Of a stretch of DNA of 64,000 nucleotides, positions 20,201 through 27,305 are shown piece after piece. The stretch is taken from contig JAZDFI010000008.1 in NCBI GenBank assembly GCA_043808015.1, positions 1 to 64,000 on the forward strand. Direction: 5' to 3'. The notes under the pieces are model-generated. The model did not search any database and was not told the origin of the DNA. It was given only the letters and a program-made list of their open reading frames with translations. The DNA is from Candidatus Aenigmatarchaeota archaeon. Lineage in GTDB: Archaea > Aenigmatarchaeota > Aenigmatarchaeia > QMZP01 > QMZT01. The number at the start of each line of letters is the position of its first letter. Within the stretch, counting starts at the first letter, position 1. The translations under genes and the position numbers were made by a program.

Positions 20201-20323
20201 AAAAAATATGTCCCTTGCGATTCTCAGCGCCTGCATATCCCTTCGTACTAAAGAAACTTCGTCCGGGTTTAAATCTGGCCCTTTCTTGCCTCTGCCTGTT
20301 AATCTGAACCTTTCAAGCACCAT
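17285..20323 (-). CDS. Large multi-pass membrane protein with poly-Gly linker, carboxypeptidase-regulatory-like domain and extracellular C-terminal beta domain
   Basis: 1012-aa ORF; 'G.ISD..G.PVDGA.I......T...G.F.I.DIPAG' domain; about 10 TM helices in the middle; relatively AT-rich. Confidence 0.7.
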   Translation of the reverse strand: MVLERFRLTGRGKKGPDLNPDEVSLVRRDMQALRIARDIFFPGVQWVGMGTKEKIARYNDLMRYLQDIPTYIQSGDAKAIDINKSLANAGFNPHYAIEGCHFLLKKELKEVKTKKFDGSGGGGGGGGKGKGGFNFNYQNYQRSTQTTTHNTKNRNTNVDVHDNPVDVELHYHNHEGNKQADPDKAVGAATGIISDLHGSPVDGAIILIDVNGTHYKGTSGKNGKFFIPDIPAGRIPWQPAVRVKSYKVSVTKEYTDEFSTQVREVSATASVVVSAGEVSPTDPDVIKLEIKNRSVEGQAKEKNRSREEQIKDYLDGKGERPDSTILEKGPGRALGKATKGSRLISDFSRKTGHGVNHIISSLVLVIIGIAISAYTSNIWYLIGFIFWGFHMILPNPKENKLDAEEFTTFGSLFTNTENRTNTGIAFLKAVAMAGIVVCFIGGLYSQQFPGSNLLLLFLAFGFYFKMPIEFEPSKPYDFILSFVRVLLALFIAFFIFGVLGGGIFQSKELGWLTLAFFVVLPVATEKNNLAKALGKIGNASGASYDMIDKVVFVAIMVIFAVIGGFNLAGGFFSGTGGIVFSAVWILGLVAGLTTPAETRPWMGVIILVIGFVIFGLGSGQQSVGVAFFGEWWPSVHNGVNDFFKPMGDMFGQFQNTFGQGWMLFTNPVGYAQQITNGQYAQNEMGISGAYGLEIRKFDVHPIYLGEPFLIEMELENKGQFHAKNVRIDLLTTIRDFKIGHNTVPTNKMEKLPKNEKTNEQWYRFTMDKNYINQAMGINIEDIEMKETIPILLYGKLECEDFRSTAWNDFGFIGGQEHTVREKYIPFMINVTYEYESTSNLQIDFISDQEWKRLSSEDKLVRAQKPSLLSTSPANLNLGSMDQPIKASTGFYIGFNLSTTWDPKNTAVSNAKVSLNVTKDLGEPTCTRSFKFDLNNKDANVSAYIFELGFSNDGVCSYNGISRLEVPKKTYTITASATYSFTKKDTKDTLITFNDICWPKELAQYTAESGSDS

Positions 20324-20395
20324 GTCGACCTGATAATAATTAATTAGGAATGTATAAATTTGTATAAAAAGAGAAAAGCGGTTCTAGCGACTACT

Positions 20396-20827
20396 TTACT
20401 TGCCGAACCAGAGCTTGAGCTCGGCTTTCGCTTCATCGGGCGTGCCGGAGGCGTGAATGAGATTGTAGATGGAGCGGTGCTCTTTGTCGGCCTTCTCGCA
20501 CGAGTCGTCGCCCAGATCGCCTCGTATCGTGCCCTTGTCGGCCTTGCTGGGGTCGGTAGCGCCGACTATTCGCCTCACGTGCGCGACCGCGTCCTTCCCT
20601 TCGAGCACCATAGCGACGACCTGCCGGTTGGCCAGGTATTTGATGAGCAGCTCAAAGAACGGCTTCCCCTTGTGCATGGCGTAATGCGTCTCAACAAAAT
20701 CGCTGGTCGGCGCGACCATCTTCATGTTTCGCACTTTCAGGCCGCCGTCTTCAAAGCGCCTTATTATCTCGCCGATCAGGTTTCTGTCGACTCCGTCGGG
20801 CTTTATCAGGACTAGCGTTTTCTCCAT
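20396..20827 (-). CDS. ndk: Nucleoside diphosphate kinase
   Basis: EKTLVLIKPDGV, GTIRGD, NLIHAS. Confidence 0.96.
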   Translation of the reverse strand: MEKTLVLIKPDGVDRNLIGEIIRRFEDGGLKVRNMKMVAPTSDFVETHYAMHKGKPFFELLIKYLANRQVVAMVLEGKDAVAHVRRIVGATDPSKADKGTIRGDLGDDSCEKADKEHRSIYNLIHASGTPDEAKAELKLWFGK

Positions 20828-20831
20828 AAAA

Positions 20832-21482
20832 TCACTCCTCAGCAAGCTTGTTTTTCTTCATGTAAGCATCAACCGATTTCAACATCCTGCGCGACACGTC
20901 TTCGATGCCGCCCACGGCGTCAACCTCTATTAGCACGCCTTTCTTCGTGTAGAAATCCACAAGCGGCTTCGTCGCCTTTTCATACACTTTCAGGCGCTTT
21001 TTGACCACGTCGTTTTTCTGATCCTCGCGGACGTAAAGTGCGCCTTTGCATTTGTCGCACATGCCGCTCTTCTTCGGCTTCGCGAACTTGTGGTGGTATA
21101 TTTCCCCGCAATATCCGCATGTCAGGCGGCCTGTCATCCTTTCCAGGATGTTCCTGTTCGGCGCGACGAAGTTGATGACCATATCGATAGCGGCCGTCTT
21201 TTCGAGTTCTTTGGCCTGCACCAGCGTCCTGGGGAAGCCGTCGAGAATGAACCTCTTCCGCCCCTTGATGGCTTTCTTCATTATTTCCATAACTAAAGCG
21301 TCCGGCACCAGCTCGCCGCGGTCCATGTAAGCCTTCGCCTTTCTGCCTATTGCCGTGCCTTTCTTTGATTCGTTGCGCAGCATCTCGCCCGTGCATATGT
21401 TGGGTATCTTCATTCTGGTTGAAAGTATGCTGCACTGGGTTCCTTTGCCTATGCCCGGCGGGCCAAGGAGAATTATTTTCAT
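20832..21482 (-). CDS. adk: Adenylate kinase (bacterial type, Zn-binding LID)
   Basis: GPPGIGKGTQ, GELVPD, LDGFPRT, C..C...CDKC, R.D. Confidence 0.95.
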   Translation of the reverse strand: MKIILLGPPGIGKGTQCSILSTRMKIPNICTGEMLRNESKKGTAIGRKAKAYMDRGELVPDALVMEIMKKAIKGRKRFILDGFPRTLVQAKELEKTAAIDMVINFVAPNRNILERMTGRLTCGYCGEIYHHKFAKPKKSGMCDKCKGALYVREDQKNDVVKKRLKVYEKATKPLVDFYTKKGVLIEVDAVGGIEDVSRRMLKSVDAYMKKNKLAEE

Positions 21483-21539
21483 GAATGTTCCTCTAGCTAG
21501 GATTATTATTCTTCAAAACGCATGCTTAAAACCTTTTCG

Positions 21540-21668
21540 CTACGCTCTCGTTTCTATCCCTTTCCTTATGCTCTTTATGAAATCCTCTGGCTTGACGTCG
21601 AACTTGACCTCCACTTTGGTCTGTAATGTCCTTGCTAACAACTTATTCATGTCTCCTATGACAATAAT
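21540..21668 (-). pseudogene. Displaced 3' remnant of thrS (second copy of the C-terminus)
   Basis: Translates IIVIGDMNKLLARTLQTKVEVKFDVKPEDFIKSIRKGIETRA*, similar to the current ThrRS end VITIGDKEEKNNTLAVRTRDGKVKFNVKIDDFISEITKLIKKR; same strand as thrS. Confidence 0.65.
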
Positions 21669-21674
21669 GTTACA

Positions 21675-22815
21675 ATGAGATTTAACATTCTGCAATATCT
21701 GCCTAAAGAAACAAAGATAATGATTGACAAAGATTTAGCGCAAATTCTATTTGCCAATAAAAAACTTTGCGAATTTTCCAGAGAATACGGAATCGGCTTA
21801 AAAAATATGAGCAGATACAGAAACTGCACCCGCTCGATTCCTATAAAATTATTTCAAAAAATAGCTCAAAATTCTCCCATTAGAATGGAAGAATTCCAAG
21901 GAAAGATGCGAATTAAAATAAACAGAATGGGCAAGTATGTCAAAATAGGACCTGTTATAAACATTGATGAAAAGTGGGTATATATTTCGGAACTCATTAA
22001 AGGTGATGGTTATATCCCGTCTACTTACTGGTATATAGTTTTTGTTAATAAAAATGAAAATTTGATTAATGTTGTCAAGAACTTTTTTTTTATCTTTGGG
22101 CTTGCCTGAAAAACAAATTGATATTCGAAGAAGATCAGATGCAACATTCCTTACAGTCAGATCATCTCCTATTGCATACATCCTCAACGGAATACTTGGA
22201 GTGCCTGTTGGGAAGAAGGGCGAGATCGGTATCAAAAAGTTTGTTATGAATGATAAAATATTGTCGGTGGCGGCCGTTAGAGGGGCATTTGATGCGGAAG
22301 GTGCCGCTACATTCACCGGGTCGCGGAGGATATCCATAACGTCAAATAGTCAAACATGGCTCCTATATTTAAGTAAAATATTGAAGAATCTCGGTATAAA
22401 ATCCACAATATATGAAGAACGGAAAGGTAGAAAAAAACCGATATATCGTTTGTTTGTGCAACATATTATTAACATTCGCAGGTTTTATGAAATAGTCCAA
22501 CCTCAGCATACGCAAAGGAGTAGAAAACTTAGAGAAATCATTGAAACGTACAGCAAACCATATTTTGGTGTCGGGTATCTGAGGAAACCCATACTTCTTT
22601 CGATAAAATCAGGAAATACGAGAAGATCAAAAATAGCAGAAGACATATCACAAAATCCTATAACAGTTGGAAATAATATCAAATGGTTAAGAAAAAGAGG
22701 ACTGATAAGGCCTTCAAAAATGGTTTATACGAACAATGGTGGCTTCTATGAATATATTTTGACAGAGATGGGGCTGAAATACCTAAGAGATGACACTCTC
22801 TCTTTTTTTGATTAG
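21675..22815 (+). mobile_element. Free-standing LAGLIDADG endonuclease with C-terminal wHTH, split by a frameshift in a T9 run (ORFs 21675-22109 and 22069-22815)
   Basis: Motifs 'YISELIKGDG' and 'VRGAFDAEG'. Removing one T from 22083-22091 fuses the ORFs (..VKNFFLSLGLPEK..). AT-rich; overlaps the thrS 3' end convergently. Confidence 0.8.
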
Positions 22816-24510
22816 CTTGGTTATTTCGCTAATGAAGTCATCAATCTTAACGTTAAATTTCACCTTACCATCTCTCGTTCTAACTGCCAAAGTGTTATTT
22901 TTTTCCTCTTTATCGCCAATTGTAATTACAAAAGGTATTTTATTTACAGCCGCATCCCTTACTTTGTATTCCACTGTGTTCGATTTCAGGTCGCATTCCG
23001 CCCTTATCCCCGCATTTTCAAGGCTTTTCAAGATTTCACCGGCCGCCTTATTGTTCCTGTCCGTGAAGGACAGGACGCGCACCTGGACAGGCGAGAGCCA
23101 GACCGGAAGGTTGCCGTCAAAGTGCTCGAGAAGTATGCCTATGAACCTTTCCAAAGAGCCGTATATGACCCTGTGCAACATTACCGGCCGATGGTCCTCG
23201 TTGTCTTCCCCTTTGTACGTCAGGTCGAACCTTTCCGGCATGGCGAAGTCGAGTTGTATGGTTGCGCACTGCCAGGTCCTGCCCTGGCTGTCCTTGATGT
23301 GATAATCAATTTTCGGGCCGTAAAACGCACCATCGCCCTTGTTTATCTTGAAGTTCATTTTTTTGTGTTTGAGTGTCTCCTCGAGCTTCGCCTCCGCCTT
23401 GTCCCATATTTTGTCGTCGCCTATCCTTTTCTCGGGCCTGGTGGAAAGCTCGACGTGGTATTCGAACCCGAACTTTTTGTAAAATTTATCGACCAGTTCC
23501 ATTATCCTTCCTATCTCGCTCTCCAGTTGTTCTTCGGTGCAGAAGATGTGCGCGTCGTCCTGAGTGAAGCGAATTACCCTGAAAAGCCCTGTGAGCACGC
23601 CGGACAGCTCCTGGCGGTGGACTACGCCAAGCTCGCCGACGCGAAGGGGGAGATCTTTGTAGGACTTGGGCCTGTTCTTGTAAACCATCATCCCTCCGGG
23701 GCAGTTCATGGGCTTGACGGCAAAGCTCCGGCCCTCGTACTCGGTTATGAAGTTGTTCTGGTATTTCTCCCAATGGCCTGAAATCTGCCACAACTTCTTG
23801 TCCATGATTTGCGGAGTCGAAATCTCCTGGTATCCAGCCTTCCTGTGCTGCTCCCTCCAGAAGCTGATTAGTTCGTTATATATGGTGAGACCCTTATCAT
23901 GCCAGAACACCATACCTGGAGCGACTTCGCTGAAGCTGAAGAGGTCCATCTTCTGGCCGAGTATGCGGTGATCGTTGTCCTTGAGGTTATCCTTGTCGAG
24001 CCGCGTCTTCGAGATGTCTCTCATAAGCTGCTTGTAGTCAAAACTCTCTTCCTTCGTTACCTTGGTTTTTGTTTTGGTCCTCTCGACCCCCTCGGGCAGT
24101 ATGTCCCTGCTGAGCTCCGAAAGAGGATGCCCCTTGCACTTTATGTCGAAGGCCTTGTACCAGCCGAAGGGAGCGCGCTTAACCGGGACTTTCGCTTCGA
24201 TTAGCGCTTCTTCCACGCCCTTGAGCACGTAGAGAGCGGAATCCGGCGACGATAGATCGCTGGACAGGTGGGCATACGGATAAACGACTACGTTTTTGGC
24301 GTTTACCTGGTTTCTGACGGATATGATTTCCTTGGCGGCTTTCTTGACCACGTCATCGAGGTTTGCCTGGTCCAGCTTCTCGACCGCGCTGAACACGACG
24401 AGGGCGTCTTCGACTCGTACGGGTTTCTTCTCGATTTCCTCCGCGCTTGAAATGGCTTTCTTCTTCGGCTCCCACTCTATGAAATCCGAATGCAGCAATA
24501 ATATCTTCAT
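22783..24510 (-). CDS. thrS: Threonine--tRNA ligase
   Basis: Archaeal editing domain (LLHSDFI, YPYAHLSS, APFGWYK, KGHPLSELSR), catalytic KPMNCP, FTQDDAHIF, AFYGPKID, HR..YGS.ERF; GGTGA Shine-Dalgarno. Confidence 0.97.
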   Translation of the reverse strand: MKILLLHSDFIEWEPKKKAISSAEEIEKKPVRVEDALVVFSAVEKLDQANLDDVVKKAAKEIISVRNQVNAKNVVVYPYAHLSSDLSSPDSALYVLKGVEEALIEAKVPVKRAPFGWYKAFDIKCKGHPLSELSRDILPEGVERTKTKTKVTKEESFDYKQLMRDISKTRLDKDNLKDNDHRILGQKMDLFSFSEVAPGMVFWHDKGLTIYNELISFWREQHRKAGYQEISTPQIMDKKLWQISGHWEKYQNNFITEYEGRSFAVKPMNCPGGMMVYKNRPKSYKDLPLRVGELGVVHRQELSGVLTGLFRVIRFTQDDAHIFCTEEQLESEIGRIMELVDKFYKKFGFEYHVELSTRPEKRIGDDKIWDKAEAKLEETLKHKKMNFKINKGDGAFYGPKIDYHIKDSQGRTWQCATIQLDFAMPERFDLTYKGEDNEDHRPVMLHRVIYGSLERFIGILLEHFDGNLPVWLSPVQVRVLSFTDRNNKAAGEILKSLENAGIRAECDLKSNTVEYKVRDAAVNKIPFVITIGDKEEKNNTLAVRTRDGKVKFNVKIDDFISEITKLIKKRESVIS

Positions 24511-24547
24511 CCGCCATCACCTTTATCTTTATTTTTTACCATCACGG

Positions 24548-24661
24548 TTAATTAAACTCCCGGCTGGCCGGAGACAAATAAAAATCAGCCCGGCCGCAGA
24601 CCTTTGGCTAGCACGTGGTCGTCGTAGTCGTCGTTTCGCTAGCGGTCTTGCCGGAATTCAT
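24548..24661 (-). promoter_or_regulatory. Attenuator-like leader with alternative 1:2, 2:3 and 3:4 pairings
   Basis: UCCGGC-AAGACC-GCUAGC pairs with GCUAGC..GGUCU..GCCGGG; GGCCGGG pairs with UCCGGCC; CUCCGG-loop-CCGGGAG is followed by UUUAAUUAA. Confidence 0.7.
24608..24661 (-). CDS. Putative thr leader peptide MNSGKTASETTTTTTTC (thrL-like)
   Basis: ATG AAT TCC GGC AAG ACC GCT AGC GAA ACG ACG ACT ACG ACG ACC ACG TGC TAG; seven consecutive Thr codons upstream of thrS; TATA TTTTAAAC at 24683-24690. Confidence 0.85.
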   Translation of the reverse strand: MNSGKTASETTTTTTTC

Positions 24662-24684
24662 AGAAGTTAATTGTACAGGAAAGT

Positions 24685-25533
24685 TTAAAAGTTTTTCAGG
24701 AACGAGTAAACGCATTCCGGCAGCTTCTCGCTGTATCCGCCTTCCAGCACTGCGAATCTCGATATTTTCAGATCGGCTATCATCTTGGCGATTTTTGCAT
24801 AAGTGGCGACGTTGAGCTTCAGCCCGCCAATCGGGTCGCCATCGAGCGTGTCGAAGCCCGCCGATATAGCCAGCGCATCCGGCTTGAAGTTTTCTATTAT
24901 CTCCATCGCAGCTCCGAGCCTGTCGAGATAAAGCGTTTCTTCCGTCCCTGCGTCGAGCGGGAAGTTGTAACAGTTCGCTTCAGAATGCTTGCCGGTGCCC
25001 GGATAGAAAAACGCTCCATATTGATGCAGCGATACGACTATCACGTTCTTTTTGCCAAGAAAGATTTCCTGCGTGCCGTTGCAGTGATGTACGTCGATGT
25101 CGAGAACCGCGACCTTCTTTTTCTGTTGCAGAAGCCTCGAGACCGCGAGCGCGATGTTGTTGAAATAGCAGAATCCCTCGAAATTCGTCTTGCCCGCGTG
25201 ATGGCCGGGCGGGCGCATTAACGAGAATGCTTTTCCTTCCTTCAGCGATATATCGGCGGCCAGCATAGCCGCTCCTGCAGCGAGTTTCGCGTGGTCGTAA
25301 ATGCCCGGGAGCGCTGGCGTTTCCGGATTGAAGAAACGGTCGTGCTTTATTTCGTTGACCATCGCCTTAGAATGGACGAGCAGCAGGTCCTGCCGCTCGC
25401 ACGGCTCCGGCTGGACGAACTCGAAGCCCTTGAAATTCTGCAGGAACTCGTAACTCCTTCTCACCCGCGCGCTCGACTCGGGGTGGCCCGGCGCATCGTA
25501 TCCGAGACACTTGGGCGAGAATATTATCTTCAT
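24685..25533 (-). CDS. Histone deacetylase family (acetoin utilization/amidohydrolase) protein
   Basis: GHPE, RPPGHHA, GFCYFNN, DIDVHH.NGTQ, SLHQ, YPGTG, SAGFD, VLEGGY; real start MKIIFS at 25533. Confidence 0.93.
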   Translation of the reverse strand: MKIIFSPKCLGYDAPGHPESSARVRRSYEFLQNFKGFEFVQPEPCERQDLLLVHSKAMVNEIKHDRFFNPETPALPGIYDHAKLAAGAAMLAADISLKEGKAFSLMRPPGHHAGKTNFEGFCYFNNIALAVSRLLQQKKKVAVLDIDVHHCNGTQEIFLGKKNVIVVSLHQYGAFFYPGTGKHSEANCYNFPLDAGTEETLYLDRLGAAMEIIENFKPDALAISAGFDTLDGDPIGGLKLNVATYAKIAKMIADLKISRFAVLEGGYSEKLPECVYSFLKNF

Positions 25534-25593
25534 ATATAATACATGGGGAGGCGTATCAAATAATTTAACCCCTGCCCCCAATCTATAGGTATT

Positions 25594-26907
25594 ATGATGG
25601 ATTTGAGAGGGGTGCACGAGTATTATGCAAGGGAGGATGTGCAGAACTTCCTGCTCGAGTTCGGTAGAGACAGGGAAGTCGTTGGCGTGTTCAGGAACGG
25701 CAGTTTCTCTCAGAGGCCTAACGTCGTTCTCTACCCGAATGACGTTCTCGCTATGGTCAAGACGGGCGTCGTCGAATTCCACTCGTCTCTCGAACGTTGG
25801 TCACAGCCCATGAGCCTGAAGCAGGACAACCATGGCCAGCTGCGCAAGGGATGGGACCTCATAATGGACGTGGACTGCGAGCTTTTCGAGCACGGCAAAA
25901 TCGCCTCGGAGGCGTTCATCTGGGGCCTGCGCAAGCACGATATAAAAAACGTGTCCATAAAGTTCACTGGCGGCACTGGGTTCCACATAGGCATACCATG
26001 GGAGTCGATACCAAACGTCATAGACTATAAACCAGCGGCTTCCCTTTATCCCGAGCTCGCCCGAAAGATGGTGCTGTACCTGAAAGATTATGTTTTTGAA
26101 AGGCTGGAAAAGAACCTGTTCAAAAAATTCTCGGCCGAGGAAATGGCACAGCAGGTGAACAAGCCTCTCGGCAAGATACTCACGGAAGACGGCCTGAACG
26201 CGTACGCGGTGGTCGACGTCGACCCGGTCCTCATATCGCCGCGGCATCTATTTAGAATGCCTTACTCGCTAAACGCGAAGACGTTTCTCGTTTCGCTGCC
26301 CATCGATCCAGACAGGCTTGACAGCTTCGACCGCATGCAGGCCAAGGCAGAGCGCGTGCGAGTGCTGACGCCCTTCCTCTCCGGCGAAGGCAGGGACGGC
26401 GAAGCCGATACGCTCATAGCCGAGGCGCTGGACTGGAACGCGCGGATGCGCAAGAAGGAGGAGAAGCGGCTCGAACACAGAAACGAGATAACACGACCCG
26501 TCCCCATCGAGCGTTTCCCGCCGTGCGTCAAGAACATACTGAACGGGCTGCAGGATGGACGAAAGCGCTCGATGTTCATCCTCATCAACTTCCTGCGCTC
26601 CTCAAAGTGGACGTGGGACGACATAGAGAAGTTCGTCACCGAATGGAACAAGAGCAACAAGCCGCCGCTTCCGGAGAGCCACGTCCGCTCGCATATAAGA
26701 TGGCACAGGACGAGGAACAAGGAAGTCCTGCCTCCGAATTGTTCGAACGAGGGATGGTACAAGAACTTCGGCGTGTGCGCGCCTGACGAGAAATGCGCCA
26801 AGGTAAAGAATCCGGTCAACTACGCGCTCCGCGGCATGAAGGCCGAGGAAGAGAAGAAAGACAAAACAAAAACCAAAACTAAGAAGCGCGCCCGCCGTCA
26901 GATGTAA
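25594..26907 (+). CDS. Fused DNA primase (PriS catalytic + PriL C-terminal Fe-S domain), DPANN type
   Basis: GWDLIMDVD, KFTGGTGFHI, RHLFRMPYSLN, then FPPC...DGRKR..FIL.NFL, PPNC, KNPVNY. Confidence 0.88.
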   Translation: MMDLRGVHEYYAREDVQNFLLEFGRDREVVGVFRNGSFSQRPNVVLYPNDVLAMVKTGVVEFHSSLERWSQPMSLKQDNHGQLRKGWDLIMDVDCELFEHGKIASEAFIWGLRKHDIKNVSIKFTGGTGFHIGIPWESIPNVIDYKPAASLYPELARKMVLYLKDYVFERLEKNLFKKFSAEEMAQQVNKPLGKILTEDGLNAYAVVDVDPVLISPRHLFRMPYSLNAKTFLVSLPIDPDRLDSFDRMQAKAERVRVLTPFLSGEGRDGEADTLIAEALDWNARMRKKEEKRLEHRNEITRPVPIERFPPCVKNILNGLQDGRKRSMFILINFLRSSKWTWDDIEKFVTEWNKSNKPPLPESHVRSHIRWHRTRNKEVLPPNCSNEGWYKNFGVCAPDEKCAKVKNPVNYALRGMKAEEEKKDKTKTKTKKRARRQM

Positions 26908-27062
26908 AAACTTGTCCAGCAGAATTTCCAGTCGACGCAGTTGCTGAAGCCGCCATTCTCATTTGTACAACAGTCTCTGCATAGCGGTTTCTGCGTTTTC
27001 TTGCACACCACGACTTTCAATGTTTTAGTGCATTTTTCGCACGCGTGCTTTTCGCTTTCCAT
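26898..27062 (-). CDS. Small Cys-rich (putative Zn-binding) protein, 54 aa
   Basis: MESEKHACEKCTKTLKVVVCKKTQKPLCRDCCTNENGGFSNCVDWKFCWTSFYI*; below the ORF-track length cutoff. Confidence 0.55.
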   Translation of the reverse strand: MESEKHACEKCTKTLKVVVCKKTQKPLCRDCCTNENGGFSNCVDWKFCWTSFYI

Positions 27063-27146
27063 CAGAACACTGGTGATTTTTAATTTAGAAATGTAGTTAG
27101 TTGGATTACTAATAAGCTTGATTGCGTGTGTTCCAGAAAAAACTGC

Positions 27147-27266
27147 TTAACCCCTCTTCAGCTTCTCAAGCCTGACAGAACCGCATTTGGGGCAGACTTT
27201 CGTCGCCGGCTCCATTATGACGGGCTTGACGTCTTTCCCGCACTGCAGACATCTGTATTTTGCCAT
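27147..27266 (-). CDS. Small zinc-ribbon protein, 39 aa (FmdB/RpoP-like CxxC..CPxCG)
   Basis: MAKYRCLQCGKDVKPVIMEPATKVCPKCGSVRLEKLKRG*; TTTAAA box about 25 nt upstream. Confidence 0.75.
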   Translation of the reverse strand: MAKYRCLQCGKDVKPVIMEPATKVCPKCGSVRLEKLKRG

Positions 27267-27305
27267 GATTGTTATTCATGCTGGCAGAATTTAAATTCGC
27301 TGGCA

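Noticed and set aside
21675-22815. Intein or intron interpretation of the two LAGLIDADG genes
   Set aside because: No Hint splicing motifs or in-frame host fusion; the first is antisense to thrS and the second lies outside the tRNA introns.
25534-25782. N-terminal extension of the HDAC ORF in the track (similar extensions on the Kef antiporter, FEN1, APC and CBS ORFs)
   Set aside because: The extensions overlap neighbouring genes or promoters; family homology begins at downstream starts.
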